A stretch of 63,058 bases of DNA, the filler included, from Octopus bimaculoides (taxonomy: Eukaryota), in assembly GCF_001194135.2 (NCBI RefSeq). It is 6 parts of 6 records of this genome, joined end to end, with 100 filler letters (N's around TTAATTAATTAA, not from the genome) between each part and the next. Parts side by side here need not be neighbours in the genome. Positions count along the whole stretch, not along the records: positions 36,770 to 42,479 come from NC_068997.1; positions 42,580 to 47,789 come from NC_068982.1; positions 47,890 to 57,621 come from NC_069009.1; 3 more parts are not named here. One strand, written 5' to 3'. Every line of letters starts with the position of its first letter. Position 1 is the first letter of the stretch. Below are positions 39,131 to 51,864 of this stretch, piece after piece. Position numbers and translations under genes: made by a program. Under the pieces are notes generated by a model. That model was not told the DNA's origin and did no database searches. It was given only the letters and a program-made list of their open reading frames with translations.

Positions 39131-40203
39131 AAGAAGAAAGGAAGGAAGAAGGAAAGAATGGATGAATGAAAGAAAAAATAAAATATTAAAATGACAAGAA
39201 TAAAGAAATATTTAAAATGAAATATAAACAGTAAAATAAAATTTAAAGGAGCAAAGAATAAAAGAAAGAAGGAAAGGAAGAATGAAAAGAGAAGAATAAA
39301 TGTAGAAAAAAGATGAAGGAGTGAAAAAAAGGAAAAAAAGAAAATTCGGAATGAAAGATGATGGTGAGAAGAAACAGGAATGAAAAGACGAAGAAAATAA
39401 AACAACGAAGAACGAAGGACGGTAAAATTTTATATATAATAATGTATATATTATTAGATAAAGAAGAAAATAGATTGAGAAATTGAATGAAAGAAAATAA
39501 GAATGAATGAGTGAATAAACTAAAAGAAGAAATAAAACGAAACGGAAGAAGAAACTTTAAGCAAACTTCTGATGATTTTAATGAAAGCAGCAAAGAAAAA
39601 TCAGAAGCAGCCGACAAACCTTATCACTACTCACATTACATGTGTATTACTTCGCTTCATACACTTATACAATATAACATATAACACTCCATCACTACTC
39701 TCATTATAAATGTATTACTCCGCCTCATCCACTTCACTAAGCATAGAAGACACGCATAGAAGTCTGCTGCTGCTTGCTTGGTATTCGTTATTCTCTTCAA
39801 GAGAAGGCGTGGTCCAAGGTTCAAATTACTCCGCCCCTCTTCACTTCGTTGTTTGTCGGTTATTGTTAATATTATTTTATTTATCATTCCGCGCAGAAAA
39901 TACGTTACTATTTTGTTTTGCTTTGTATTTTTTTAAAATTCCCACTGGAATTGTCGTTTCCTTTTCTTCACCTTATTTTTATCGATATTATTATTGTTGT
40001 TGAATGTTTTGCTATTTATTACATATTTCTTGGTGGTGTGTATATTTGATTCATCGCTGATTCGACGTTGTCCTAATAAGTTAATGGTGTTGCTTATAAT
40101 GATGATGGTGATGTTGATAATGTGGATGATGGTGACGGATATATTTGCTGTTACGAAATAACTTTTATGTGTGTCTATGCGTGTGTATAAACAGAAACTG
40201 AGA

Positions 40204-40360
40204 ATAGGCGCCGGTGTGGCTGTGTAGTAAAAAAGCTTGCTTCCAAACCACATGGTTTCGGTTTCAGTCCCATTGCGTAGCACCTTGGGTCTTCTACTAC
40301 AGCCTCGGACCGACCAAAGTCTTTTGGATGGATTGGGTAAACAGAATGAAGCCCATCGTG
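40204..40360 (+). mobile_element. SINE family A, 5' half
   Basis: ataggcgccggtgtggctgtgtag...gaccaaagt...gaagcccatcg. Confidence 0.85.
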
Positions 40361-40681
40361 TGTATATATATATATATTTATATATATGTATGTATACACA
40401 CACACACACACACACACACATACACACACACACACATATATATATATATACGTATGTATATATATATATATATTTGTGTGTGTTTGTGTTTGTGTGTGTT
40501 TGTGTTTGTGTGTGTGTGTGTGCATCATGTGCGCATGCATGCGTATTTCTGCCTGTGTGTGCATAAAATGTACACTTCTCTCCAAATACACGATCACATT
40601 ATCCGCCATGCATACAGATTTCAGTAAGCATGTAACTATATAATGTGTGTGTGTACACGCAGACACACATCCAACCACGCG

Positions 40682-40713
<32 letters not shown>

Positions 40714-40781
40714 TGCATACATACATACATACATACATACATACATACATACATACGTACATGCATGTACCTTTGTCGGCC

Positions 40782-40816
<35 letters not shown>

Positions 40817-41746
40817 NNNNNNNNNNNNNNNNNNNNNNNNNNNNNNNNNNNNNNNNNNNNNNNNNNNNNNNNNNNNNNNNNNNNNNNNNNNNNNNNNNNN
40901 NNNNNNNNNNNNNNNNNNNNNNNNNNNNNNNNNNNNNNNNNNNNNNNNNNNNNNNNNNNNNNNNNNNNNNNNNNNNNNNNNNNNNNNNNNNNNNNNNNNN
41001 NNNNNNNNNNNNNNNNNNNNNNNNNNNNNNNNNNNNNNNNNNNNNNNNNNNNNNNNNNNNNNNNNNNNNNNNNNNNNNNNNNNNNNNNNNNNNNNNNNNN
41101 NNNNNNNNNNNNNNNNNNNNNNNNNNNNNNNNNNNNNNNNNNNNNNNNNNNNNNNNNNNNNNNNNNNNNNNNNNNNNNNNNNNNNNNNNNNNNNNNNNNN
41201 NNNNNNNNNNNNNNNNNNNNNNNNNNNNNNNNNNNNNNNNNNNNNNNNNNNNNNNNNNNNNNNNNNNNNNNNNNNNNNNNNNNNNNNNNNNNNNNNNNNN
41301 NNNNNNNNNNNNNNNNNNNNNNNNNNNNNNNNNNNNNNNNNNNNNNNNNNNNNNNNNNNNNNNNNNNNNNNNNNNNNNNNNNNNNNNNNNNNNNNNNNNN
41401 NNNNNNNNNNNNNNNNNNNNNNNNNNNNNNNNNNNNNNNNNNNNNNNNNNNNNNNNNNNNNNNNNNNNNNNNNNNNNNNNNNNNNNNNNNNNNNNNNNNN
41501 NNNNNNNNNNNNNNNNNNNNNNNNNNNNNNNNNNNNNNNNNNNNNNNNNNNNNNNNNNNNNNNNNNNNNNNNNNNNNNNNNNNNNNNNNNNNNNNNNNNN
41601 NNNNNNNNNNNNNNNNNNNNNNNNNNNNNNNNNNNNNNNNNNNNNNNNNNNNNNNNNNNNNNNNNNNNNNNNNNNNNNNNNNNNNNNNNNNNNNNNNNNN
41701 NNNNNNNNNNNNNNNNNNNNNNNNNNNNNNNNNNNNNNNNNNNNNN

Positions 41747-41795
<49 letters not shown>

Positions 41796-42443
41796 ATATA
41801 TATATATATCTTTATATATACGTGTGTGTGTGTCTGTGTGTGTATGTTTGTATGTATGTATATGAATATATGTGTCAGCAGACATATACATAGGCACGTA
41901 CACACACAATCTTATGAATGTGATACACGAAACTCCCGACCTTTGAGTCATTTTTATTGAGTCACTTTTATTAGATTTTGTCGATTGAAATACATACATG
42001 TGTGCGTATCTGTTTTTTTCTCCCCTCTATATGTATGTATTTATGTATTTATATATGTATGTATGCATGCATATATGTATTCGTGTATGTATGTATGTAT
42101 GTATGTATGTATGTATGTATGTATGCATGCATGTATGTATTCGTGTATATATATATGTATGTACGTATGTATGTAATGTATGCAAGTTTGTTTATATAAA
42201 CCTACATAAAGCAATCAATATTTGATTGTATACATACGTTCAAATACTTACTGCACTGTAAAATTATCAATACACACTCTTTGATACAATAAACATATAT
42301 GGGTTCAAACACATGGGAGGCGTGAGTACACACACACATACAGACACATACACACAGTTTCGGCCGTGACTATACAATGCAACAATAATTAACGCATGTA
42401 TGCATGTATTCACATAAAATTCACAGAACCGCGAGCAGATGAT

Positions 42444-42479
<36 letters not shown>

Positions 42480-42579
42480 NNNNNNNNNNNNNNNNNNNNN
42501 NNNNNNNNNNNNNNNNNNNNNNNTTAATTAATTAANNNNNNNNNNNNNNNNNNNNNNNNNNNNNNNNNNNNNNNNNNNN

Positions 42580-42902
42580 AAGCCTAGTACTTATTCTATC
42601 GGTCTCTTTTTTTGCCGAACCGCTAAGTTACGGGGACGTAAACACACCAGAAACGGTTGTCAAGCGAAGTTGGGGGGACAAATACAGACACACAAACATA
42701 TACACACACATACGTATATATATATATACATATATACGACGGGCTTCTTTCAGTTTCCGTCTACCAAATCCACTCACAAGGCTTTGGTCGGCCCGAGGCT
42801 ATAGTAGAAGACACTTGCCCAAGGTGCCACGCAGTGGGACTGAACCCGGAACTATGTGGTTAGTAAGCAAGCTACTTAGCGCACAACCACTCCTGCGCCT
42901 AT
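42580..42902 (-). mobile_element. SINE family A (3' end lost in a gap)
   Basis: Near-identical to 22750-23060. Confidence 0.9.
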
Positions 42903-43377
42903 ATACAATATGTCCTGCATCATTTTTTTTCTAAGTAATACAATAGTGTGCGCGATTTGCGAGCTATGTGGTTGATATTTCTAGCATGTTGAATCAGCGT
43001 TGATGTTTAGCCGTGGAGCAAAACAAAATGAGCAGATCTATCTACCCATAGATTAAAGGAGCTTCAGACAGATAATCCAAGCTTTTTGTATATACACATA
43101 AGACTACAGGAGACTAATAATATGCCTTTCGTTTTTTAACGACGCTAGACGTATGATTTGAGGTAATTTGGTTGCTATTTCCAGCATGTCGAGTTTTATT
43201 GAACGATCCTTGCACCTATTTAATAAAACAGAAATAAGATAAAAGATCTTAAGAGACAGCTCATCAATTTTGACTCTTCCCATTCTATCGTTCTATCTAT
43301 CAGTCTAACTGTCTGTCTGACTATCCATCTGCCCGTCAGTTTATCTATTTATCCGTCACTAACTATCTGTCTGTCAG

Positions 43378-43408
<31 letters not shown>

Positions 43409-44040
43409 NNNNNNNNNNNNNNNNNNNNNNNNNNNNNNNNNNNNNNNNNNNNNNNNNNNNNNNNNNNNNNNNNNNNNNNNNNNNNNNNNNNNNNNNNNNN
43501 NNNNNNNNNNNNNNNNNNNNNNNNNNNNNNNNNNNNNNNNNNNNNNNNNNNNNNNNNNNNNNNNNNNNNNNNNNNNNNNNNNNNNNNNNNNNNNNNNNNN
43601 NNNNNNNNNNNNNNNNNNNNNNNNNNNNNNNNNNNNNNNNNNNNNNNNNNNNNNNNNNNNNNNNNNNNNNNNNNNNNNNNNNNNNNNNNNNNNNNNNNNN
43701 NNNNNNNNNNNNNNNNNNNNNNNNNNNNNNNNNNNNNNNNNNNNNNNNNNNNNNNNNNNNNNNNNNNNNNNNNNNNNNNNNNNNNNNNNNNNNNNNNNNN
43801 NNNNNNNNNNNNNNNNNNNNNNNNNNNNNNNNNNNNNNNNNNNNNNNNNNNNNNNNNNNNNNNNNNNNNNNNNNNNNNNNNNNNNNNNNNNNNNNNNNNN
43901 NNNNNNNNNNNNNNNNNNNNNNNNNNNNNNNNNNNNNNNNNNNNNNNNNNNNNNNNNNNNNNNNNNNNNNNNNNNNNNNNNNNNNNNNNNNNNNNNNNNN
44001 NNNNNNNNNNNNNNNNNNNNNNNNNNNNNNNNNNNNNNNA

Positions 44041-44172
44041 ATCTAGTGGTTCGGCAAAAGAGACCGATAGAATAAGTACTAGGCTTCCAAAGAATAAGTC
44101 TTGGGGTCGATTTGCTCGACTAAAGGCGGTTCTCCAGCATGGCCGCAGTCAAATGACTGAAACAAGTAAAAG
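44041..44172 (+). mobile_element. SINE family A, 3' part
   Basis: gttcggcaaaagagaccgatagaataagtactagg...ggccgcagtcaaatgactgaaacaagtaaaagag. Confidence 0.88.
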
Positions 44173-44174
44173 AG

Positions 44175-44206
<32 letters not shown>

Positions 44207-44219
44207 CATATATCTTTGC

Positions 44220-44722
44220 GATATTTCATCATCATCACTATTATCACCACCACCAGCACCACCGCCTCAACAACCACCATTTCCACCAATACCACCACCA
44301 CAATCACCACTACCAGCGACCCCCCATTACCAGCAGGTTCACCACTACATTCAACATTTCTACACTCACCACTACTACTATTACATCTACCAGAACCACA
44401 CTACCACTACGAACACCACTACAATTAATAATACTGCTACCGCCACCACTACCACCATTACCTCTGCAACATCACCACCACCACCACCACCATCATCGTC
44501 ACTACACCACCCTCACCACCACCAGCCCAACATCATCGTTACCATCATCTTTACCACCACCATCAAGCCCATCGCGACCATTATCACCGCCACTACCATC
44601 ACCACCACCATTGCCGCGCCACCGCCACTATCACCGCGACACCACACTTACCATTACCACCATCACCGCTTCCACCACCATAAATCCATTGCGACCATCA
44701 CCACCACCACCACCACCACCAT
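44220..44722. repeat. Degenerate (CAC/CAT)n low-complexity tract
   Basis: Direct reading. Confidence 0.88.
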
Positions 44723-45883
44723 TTTATGTCTATAAAAAAAGCGTATGTTATTAACTAATCAACTAACAAAGAAAATTAAAATACCATTTGACTCATTAAC
44801 ATTATCAACTCCTTACTAATCAATCTATATTAAAGATGACTGATCGAAGCTTCATTTTTTTGTTTGTTTGTTTGTTTTTATTTGTTTTTATTTGTTTTTG
44901 TTTGTTTTTTTCCCTAGAATATCAAAAAATATTTTTCCCCGTTATCCACCGAATTTTATCCATCTAGCAATTCATAAAGCTTCTGCTTCTTGTCTTGCTT
45001 CTTTGACATTTTTATCAGATGCGGCAATAAAATAGACAAACTTCTCTCTCCACCCTTTATTAGAGGAAATGTTAGACCCCTGGATCACTGCTCTACATTT
45101 CCCCTCTACGTCATAACACCCACCCCAACACAGATACACACCTCTGTCGCCTGCTGTTTCATTATNNNNNNNNNNNNNNNNNNNNNNNNNNNNNNNNNNN
45201 NNNNNNNNNNNNNNNNNNNNNNNNNNNNNNNNNNNNNNNNNNNNNNNNNNNNNNNNNNNNNNNNNNNNNNNNNNNNNNNNNNNNNNNNNNNNNNNNNNNN
45301 NNNNNNNNNNNNNNNNNNNNNNNNNNNNNNNNNNNNNNNNNNNNNNNNNNNNNNNNNNNNNNNNNNNNNNNNNNNNNNNNNNNNNNNNNNNNNNNNNNNN
45401 NNNNNNNNNNNNNNNNNNNNNNNNNNNNNNNNNNNNNNNNNNNNNNNNNNNNNNNNNNNNNNNNNNNNNNNNNNNNNNNNNNNNNNNNNNNNNNNNNNNN
45501 NNNNNNNNNNNNNNNNNNNNNNNNNNNNNNNNNNNNNNNNNNNNNNNNNNNNNNNNNNNNNNNNNNNNNNNNNNNNNNNNNNNNNNNNNNNNNNNNNNNN
45601 NNNNNNNNNNNNNNNNNNNNNNNNNNNNNNNNNNNNNNNNNNNNNNNNNNNNNNNNNNNNNNNNNNNNNNNNNNNNNNNNNNNNNNNNNNNNNNNNNNNN
45701 NNNNNNNNNNNNNNNNNNNNNNNNNNNNNNNNNNNNNNNNNNNNNNNNNNNNNNNNNNNNNNNNNNNNNNNNNNNNNNNNNNNNNNNNNNTATATATATA
45801 TACGTGTCTGTGTGTGAGTATGTACACACACACACACACACACATGTTCTTGAATATTCATATAATATATATTTATGATATAA

Positions 45884-46290
45884 ATGGTTGTGTGGTAAGA
45901 AACTTGCTTTCCAGCCATATGGTGCCGTGTTCAGTTCCACTGCGTGGCACCTTGGGAAAGTGTCTTCCGTTATAGCCTCGGGCCGACCAAAGCCTTGTGA
46001 GTGGATTTAGTTAGCGGAAACTGAAAAAAGTCTGTCGTATATATGTATGTATATATGTATGTCGGATATATGTATGTATATGTTTGTGTGTCTGTGTTTG
46101 TCTCCCCACCATCGTTTAACAACTGATGTTAGAATGTTTATGTCCCCGTAACTTAGCGGTTCGGCAAAAGATAACGATAGAATAAGTACTAGGCTTACAA
46201 AGAATAAGTCCTAGGGTTCGATTTGTTCTACTAAGGGTGGTGCCCCATTACGGCCGCAGTCAAATGACTAAAACAAGTAAAAGAAAAATA
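45884..46290 (+). mobile_element. SINE family A, full length
   Basis: Head tggttgtgtggtaag...gttcagttccactgcgtggcacc through ggccgcagtcaaatgactaaaacaagtaaaag. Confidence 0.92.
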
Positions 46291-47291
46291 GAATAAAATA
46301 CATACATACATACATATATGAATACGTACATATATATGCATACATACACACATCCATACGTATAGAATATATGAATGTGTTTGTATGTGTAGAAACTATA
46401 GTGATATTCGTGGGGCAGCTGATGATGGAGGTATGTTGGATTGTTGGTATGGCTGTTATTGTATGTGCGGAATAGTTTTATAACATAACCATCTTTTGAT
46501 ATATATGCGTGTGTGCTTATATATATATAACACACATCCATACATATAGTATATACATTTCTTTTATTAGCCACACAGGGCTCAACGAAGATGGGACAAA
46601 TACAATGTAGAGCTTTTCTTTTTGGGAGGGGGAAGGAAAAAAAGGGGGGGGGGNNNNNNNNNNNNNNNNNNNNNNNNNNNNNNNNNNNNNNNNNNNNNNN
46701 NNNNNNNNNNNNNNNNNNNNNNNNNNNNNNNNNNNNNNNNNNNNNNNNNNNNNNNNNNNNNNNNNNNNNNNNNNNNNNNNNNNNNNNNNNNNNNNNNNNN
46801 NNNNNNNNNNNNNNNNNNNNNNNNNNNNNNNNNNNNNNNNNNNNNNNNNNNNNNNNNNNNNNNNNNNNNNNNNNNNNNNNNNNNNNNNNNNNNNNNNNNN
46901 NNNNNNNNNNNNNNNNNNNNNNNNNNNNNNNNNNNNNNNNNNNNNNNNNNNNNNNNNNNNNNNNNNNNNNNNNNNNNNNNNNNNNNNNNNNNNNNNNNNN
47001 NNNNNNNNNNNNNNNNNNNNNNNNNNNNNNNNNNNNNNNNNNNNNNNNNNNNNNNNNNNNNNNNNNNNNNNNNNNNNNNNNNNNNNNNNNNNNNNNNNNN
47101 NNNNNNNNNNNNNNNNNNNNNNNNNNNNNNNNNNNNNNNNNNNNNNNNNNNNNNNNNNNNNNNNNNNNNNNNNNNNNNNNNNNNNNNNNNNNNNNNNNNN
47201 NNNNNNNNNNNNNNNNNNNNNNNNNNNNNNNNNNNNNNNNNNNNNNNNNNNNNNNNNNNNNNNNNNNNNNNNNNNNNNNNNNNNNNNNNNN

Positions 47292-47334
<43 letters not shown>

Positions 47335-47354
47335 ACACACACACACACACACAT

Positions 47355-47512
47355 ACGACGGGCTTCTTTTAGTTTCTCTTTACCAAATCTACTAATAAGG
47401 TTTTGGTCGACCCGGACCTAGAGTAGAAGACACTTGCCCAAGTTTTCACGCCGTGAAACTGAACGTAGGACCATGTAATTGGGAAGCAATCTCCTTACTA
47501 CAAGCTGCACCT
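47355..47512 (-). mobile_element. SINE family A, 5' half
   Basis: acgacgggcttcttt...agtagaagacacttgccca matches the other minus-strand copies. Confidence 0.8.
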
Positions 47513-47647
47513 GCGACACACGCGTGATATATATTATGCACACACACACTCACACACATACACACACACACATTCACACACATACACACACACACACACA
47601 TATTCCTCTCTCTCTCTCTTTGTTCATCTCTCTTTCTCTCGCTCTGT

Positions 47648-47682
<35 letters not shown>

Positions 47683-47889
47683 CATCTCTCTCTCTGTTCA
47701 TCTCTCTCTCTCTCTTTCACTCTACATGTCATTACCTTCTCTCTCTACCTCTCTCATTGTATATATATATATATATATATATATTATATNNNNNNNNNNN
47801 NNNNNNNNNNNNNNNNNNNNNNNNNNNNNNNNNTTAATTAATTAANNNNNNNNNNNNNNNNNNNNNNNNNNNNNNNNNNNNNNNNNNNN

Positions 47890-47935
<46 letters not shown>

Positions 47936-48254
47936 GGATGACCTTTCATGCTGTTTCTATCTCCCAAATTCACTCACTGACCCAGTGCAATGGTAGGAGA
48001 CACCAAAGGTGCCACACAGTGGGACTGAACCTGAAAGCATTTGGCTGCAAAGCAAGTGTCTCAACCACTCAGCGATTCCAGCAGCTCAATATATTAACTG
48101 GATACACTTTGAGAATTGTACACATATTTAAACATTGCTGTTGGCAATGAACTGTTTACACTTTATTTACAATTAAAATATCAATAAACACAAACGAAGA
48201 ATTTATAGATTCAGGATTTGTAACAGACGCACAAACACATGCACCCACCCATAT

Positions 48255-48301
<47 letters not shown>

Positions 48302-48961
48302 NNNNNNNNNNNNNNNNNNNNNNNNNNNNNNNNNNNNNNNNNNNNNNNNNNNNNNNNNNNNNNNNNNNNNNNNNNNNNNNNNNNNNNNNNNNNNNNNNNN
48401 NNNNNNNNNNNNNNNNNNNNNNNNNNNNNNNNNNNNNNNNNNNNNNNNNNNNNNNNNNNNNNNNNNNNNNNNNNNNNNNNNNNNNNNNNNNNNNNNNNNN
48501 NNNNNNNNNNNNNNNNNNNNNNNNNNNNNNNNNNNNNNNNNNNNNNNNNNNNNNNNNNNNNNNNNNNNNNNNNNNNNNNNNNNNNNNNNNNNNNNNNNNN
48601 NNNNNNNNNNNNNNNNNNNNNNNNNNNNNNNNNNNNNNNNNNNNNNNNNNNNNNNNNNNNNNNNNNNNNNNNNNNNNNNNNNNNNNNNNNNNNNNNNNNN
48701 NNNNNNNNNNNNNNNNNNNNNNNNNNNNNNNNNNNNNNNNNNNNNNNNNNNNNNNNNNNNNNNNNNNNNNNNNNNNNNNNNNNNNNNNNNNNNNNNNNNN
48801 NNNNNNNNNNNNNNNNNNNNNNNNNNNNNNNNNNNNNNNNNNNNNNNNNNNNNNNNNNNNNNNNNNNNNNNNNNNNNNNNNNNNNNNNNNNNNNNNNNNN
48901 NNNNNNNNNNNNNNNNNNNNNNNNNNNNNNNNNNNNNNNNNNNNNNNNNNNNNNNNNNNNN

Positions 48962-49008
<47 letters not shown>

Positions 49009-49294
49009 CTGTATACATGTAGGTTGTATTTACTGTTTGCCAAGCTTTCCAAAGTCAGATAAAAATAAATATATTAGTTTTGTTAATGCTTAAACATTTA
49101 ATTTTATTTCTGTTAATTAACCAAGCACTATTTAACTACCATTAATTGCTTTTGAATTATTTATATCTTGATTAGTTTCTGACTAATTGCTAAATATAAA
49201 CGAAGTATAAAAATGCATGTATTTTTGTGAGCAATTATGGTTGATAGGACAATGAATATACTATTCACAAGTTTCTGCTTTTGGTTTTATTGCA

Positions 49295-49760
49295 GTTGTT
49301 GTTGTTTAGCCACAGGTCAGTCCTGATCCTGACAGACCTATGATCAAAGATCTTCCAGCTATGACCATCCTGCTTTTTATTCCAGCATAGTGTATCTAGG
49401 ACTACATTATATAATGTATAGTATAGTACTTAATATTAATGGCTATAGGTGTTGTTTAGCTCAAGGTCAGTGTCGATTTGGCCGACTTTCGATCAAAGAT
49501 GCTCCAGATGTGACCATCCCATCTTCTATTCAAGCATTGTGTATCTAGGACTACATTATCTAATGTACAGTATAGTAATTAACATTAGTGGCTATGATTG
49601 TTGTTGTTGTTTAACCCCAGGTCAGTCCTGATACAAAAGACACATGATCGAAGATGCTCGATCTGTGATCATCCCACATTTTATTTAGGCATAGTGTATC
49701 TAGGACTACAATATCTAATGTATAGTATAGTTGTTAGTATTGGTGGTTATAGCTGTTGAT
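49295..49760 (+). repeat. Three head-to-tail units of about 152 bp (family D repeat)
   Basis: Each unit reads gttgttta.c...aggtcag...gatc.aagat...tga.catcc...gtgtatctaggactaca.tat.taatgta.agtatag; starts near 49296, 49448 and 49600. Confidence 0.85.
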
Positions 49761-49770
49761 GACCACAATA

Positions 49771-50008
49771 GCTGGCCGAATCTTTAGTAAGCCGGGCAGA
49801 ATGGTTACTGCTATTTTGTCTGTCTTTACACTGAGTTCAAATCCTGCCGGGGCCGACTTTTCCTTTCATCCTATTGGGGGGGGGGGCGATAAAATGAGTA
49901 CCAGTTCAACACTGGGGTTGAAGTAATCAACTTACACCCTCTGCCAAAATTACTGGCCTTGTGCCAAAATCTAGCCTCATCATCATCATCACCATCTTCG
50001 TCATCATC

Positions 50009-50056
<48 letters not shown>

Positions 50057-50221
50057 AATGAAGTAGATGGACAAGTTTAATTTTTGAACTTGAGGAAGAC
50101 ACACGAGATGTCGAAATATCGTTTAATTGATAACAATGGCAGTCTTCTTTTTTTGCTTCTACTATCATTATTATTACCATTATTATTATTATTATCATTA
50201 TTATTATTATTATTATTACCA

Positions 50222-50271
<50 letters not shown>

Positions 50272-50477
50272 GAGGTAGTGAACTGGTAGAATTGTTAGCA
50301 GGCTGGGCAAAACGCTTAGCAGTATTTCGTCCGCCGCTACGTCTTGAGTTCAAATTCCACCAATGTTGACTTTGCCTTTCTTCCTTTTGGGGTCAATGGA
50401 GCCTGGTGTAGCCACCTGGTTTCACCAGTCCTCAGTCAAATCGTCCAACCCATGCTAGCATGGAAAGCGGACGTTAA

Positions 50478-50514
<37 letters not shown>

Positions 50515-51072
50515 AATTAAGTACCAGTTGAACACTGGGGTTGATGTAATCGACTAGACCCCTACCCCCAAATTTCAGGCCTTGTGACTATTTTCGAAAG
50601 AATTATTATTATTATTATTATTATTATTATTGACAAAGGCGGTGGTCTGGCAGAATGATTAGCAAGCTGGGTGAAATGCTTAGCAGCATATGTCTTTATG
50701 TTCTGAGTTCAAATTATGCCAAGATTGACTTTGCTTTTCATGCTTTCGGGGTCGATATATTAGTACCAGCTGATCACTGGGGCTGATGTAATTGACTTGT
50801 CCCCTACTCCTAAATTTTCTGGCTTTGTGCCTTTAGTAGAAGGGATTATAATTATTATTGATCCAGTGAGCTCTCAGAACTATTAGCACGCTGGGCCAAA
50901 TGCTTCGCAAGTATTTCTTTTGTCATTGTGAATTAAGTACCATTAAGATCTTCTTTGCATTTCATTCTCCAAGGTTGATAAAGTAAGTACCAGGTGAGCA
51001 TTGGGGTCATCAATGTAATCAACTAGCACCATCCCTCAAAATCTCAAGCCTTGTGCAGATAGTAGAAAGGAT
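49771..51072 (+). mobile_element. Cluster of four SINE B copies (49771-49972, 50273-50600, 50638-50845, 50865-51072)
   Basis: Each has a SINE B head and/or central module and ends in an ATT/CAT repeat tail. Confidence 0.85.
50398..50513 (+). mobile_element. 3' end of an RTE-like LINE/SINE with a (GAC)n tail, nested in a SINE B copy
   Basis: tcagtcaaatcgtccaacccatgctagcatggaaagcggacgttaaa(cga)n splits SINE B at ggggtcaat|aaattaagtacc. Family assignment is from recall only. Confidence 0.5.
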
Positions 51073-51506
51073 TATTATCATTATTTTTGTTGGTTCCTGG
51101 TCCAGGTGTAGACCGAGGCAGGGCACTTGGCACCCAGAGTGTCTCCAAGCACTCACGGTCTTCATTCAATGTGGTCGGTAGAAATTCCACCTTGGAGTTC
51201 TGTAGGGGATTAGTGGAGGGCAAGTGTGACAATGTACTCAGAGAGGTCCTGGGCATCATGGGGTATCAACAGGTTGGTCTCTTCCAGAGGACTGTCAGGC
51301 CAGAAACTATGGATAACTTCCAGAAATCCCCGGCCTGGCAGTGCTACCCGGGGAGCACTGCTGGTTCGAGATAAGCTCTACAGGCACGGGTGAGCAGTCA
51401 TGGGCCTGTCCGAGATACATGCAGAATGATGAAACCATTCTGCATGCTCTCATACAATGTCTGTACATTCCTGACTTGTGGAGCTTTGTCAAACAATTAT
51501 TGTCAT

Positions 51507-51864
51507 TTACATAATTTACATTTAACGGATATTTGTCCTCATCTTAGTGGTTAAGAGCGCGGGCTACTAACCCCAAGATTCCGAGTTCGATTCACGGCAG
51601 CGATCTGATTAAGAATAGTAATAGTAATAATAATATAATAATAGTAACATCGTCAGGAATGAGAACCCAGGTTCAAAATTTCCCCAAGACACCTGACGAA
51701 GGCTGGAGGGTATATCAGCCGAAACGTTGTGTTAACAACAAACAAGATGAGGACAAANNNNNNNNNNCGTTGTGTTAACAACAAACAAGATGAGGACAAA
51801 TATCGGTCAAATGTAAATAATGTAAATAATGTAAATAATTCCTCATCTCTTAAATATAGAACTG
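51507..51864 (+). mobile_element. Solo PLE pseudo-LTR / SINE-like unit (tRNA head + (AAT)n + hammerhead + tail) with a 12-bp TSD
   Basis: Homologous to the reverse complement of 32310-32550. Flanked by AATTATTGTCAT at 51495-51506 and 51865-51876. It interrupts an L1/Tx1 ORF fragment. Confidence 0.9.
51688..51733 (+). ncRNA. Minimal type I hammerhead ribozyme motif
   Basis: GACAC-CTGACGA-A-GGCTG(gagggtatat)CAGCC-GAAA-CGTT-GTGTT: helix I GACAC/GTGTT, 5-bp helix II, palindromic ACGT helix III, GUU triplet with predicted cleavage after 51728. Confidence 0.8.

Noticed and set aside
51546-51600. tRNA-like sequences (also 32488-32557 and 52137-52203) as tRNA genes
   Set aside because: Acceptor and T stems do not pair and they are embedded in repeats, so they are SINE/PLE heads rather than tRNA genes.
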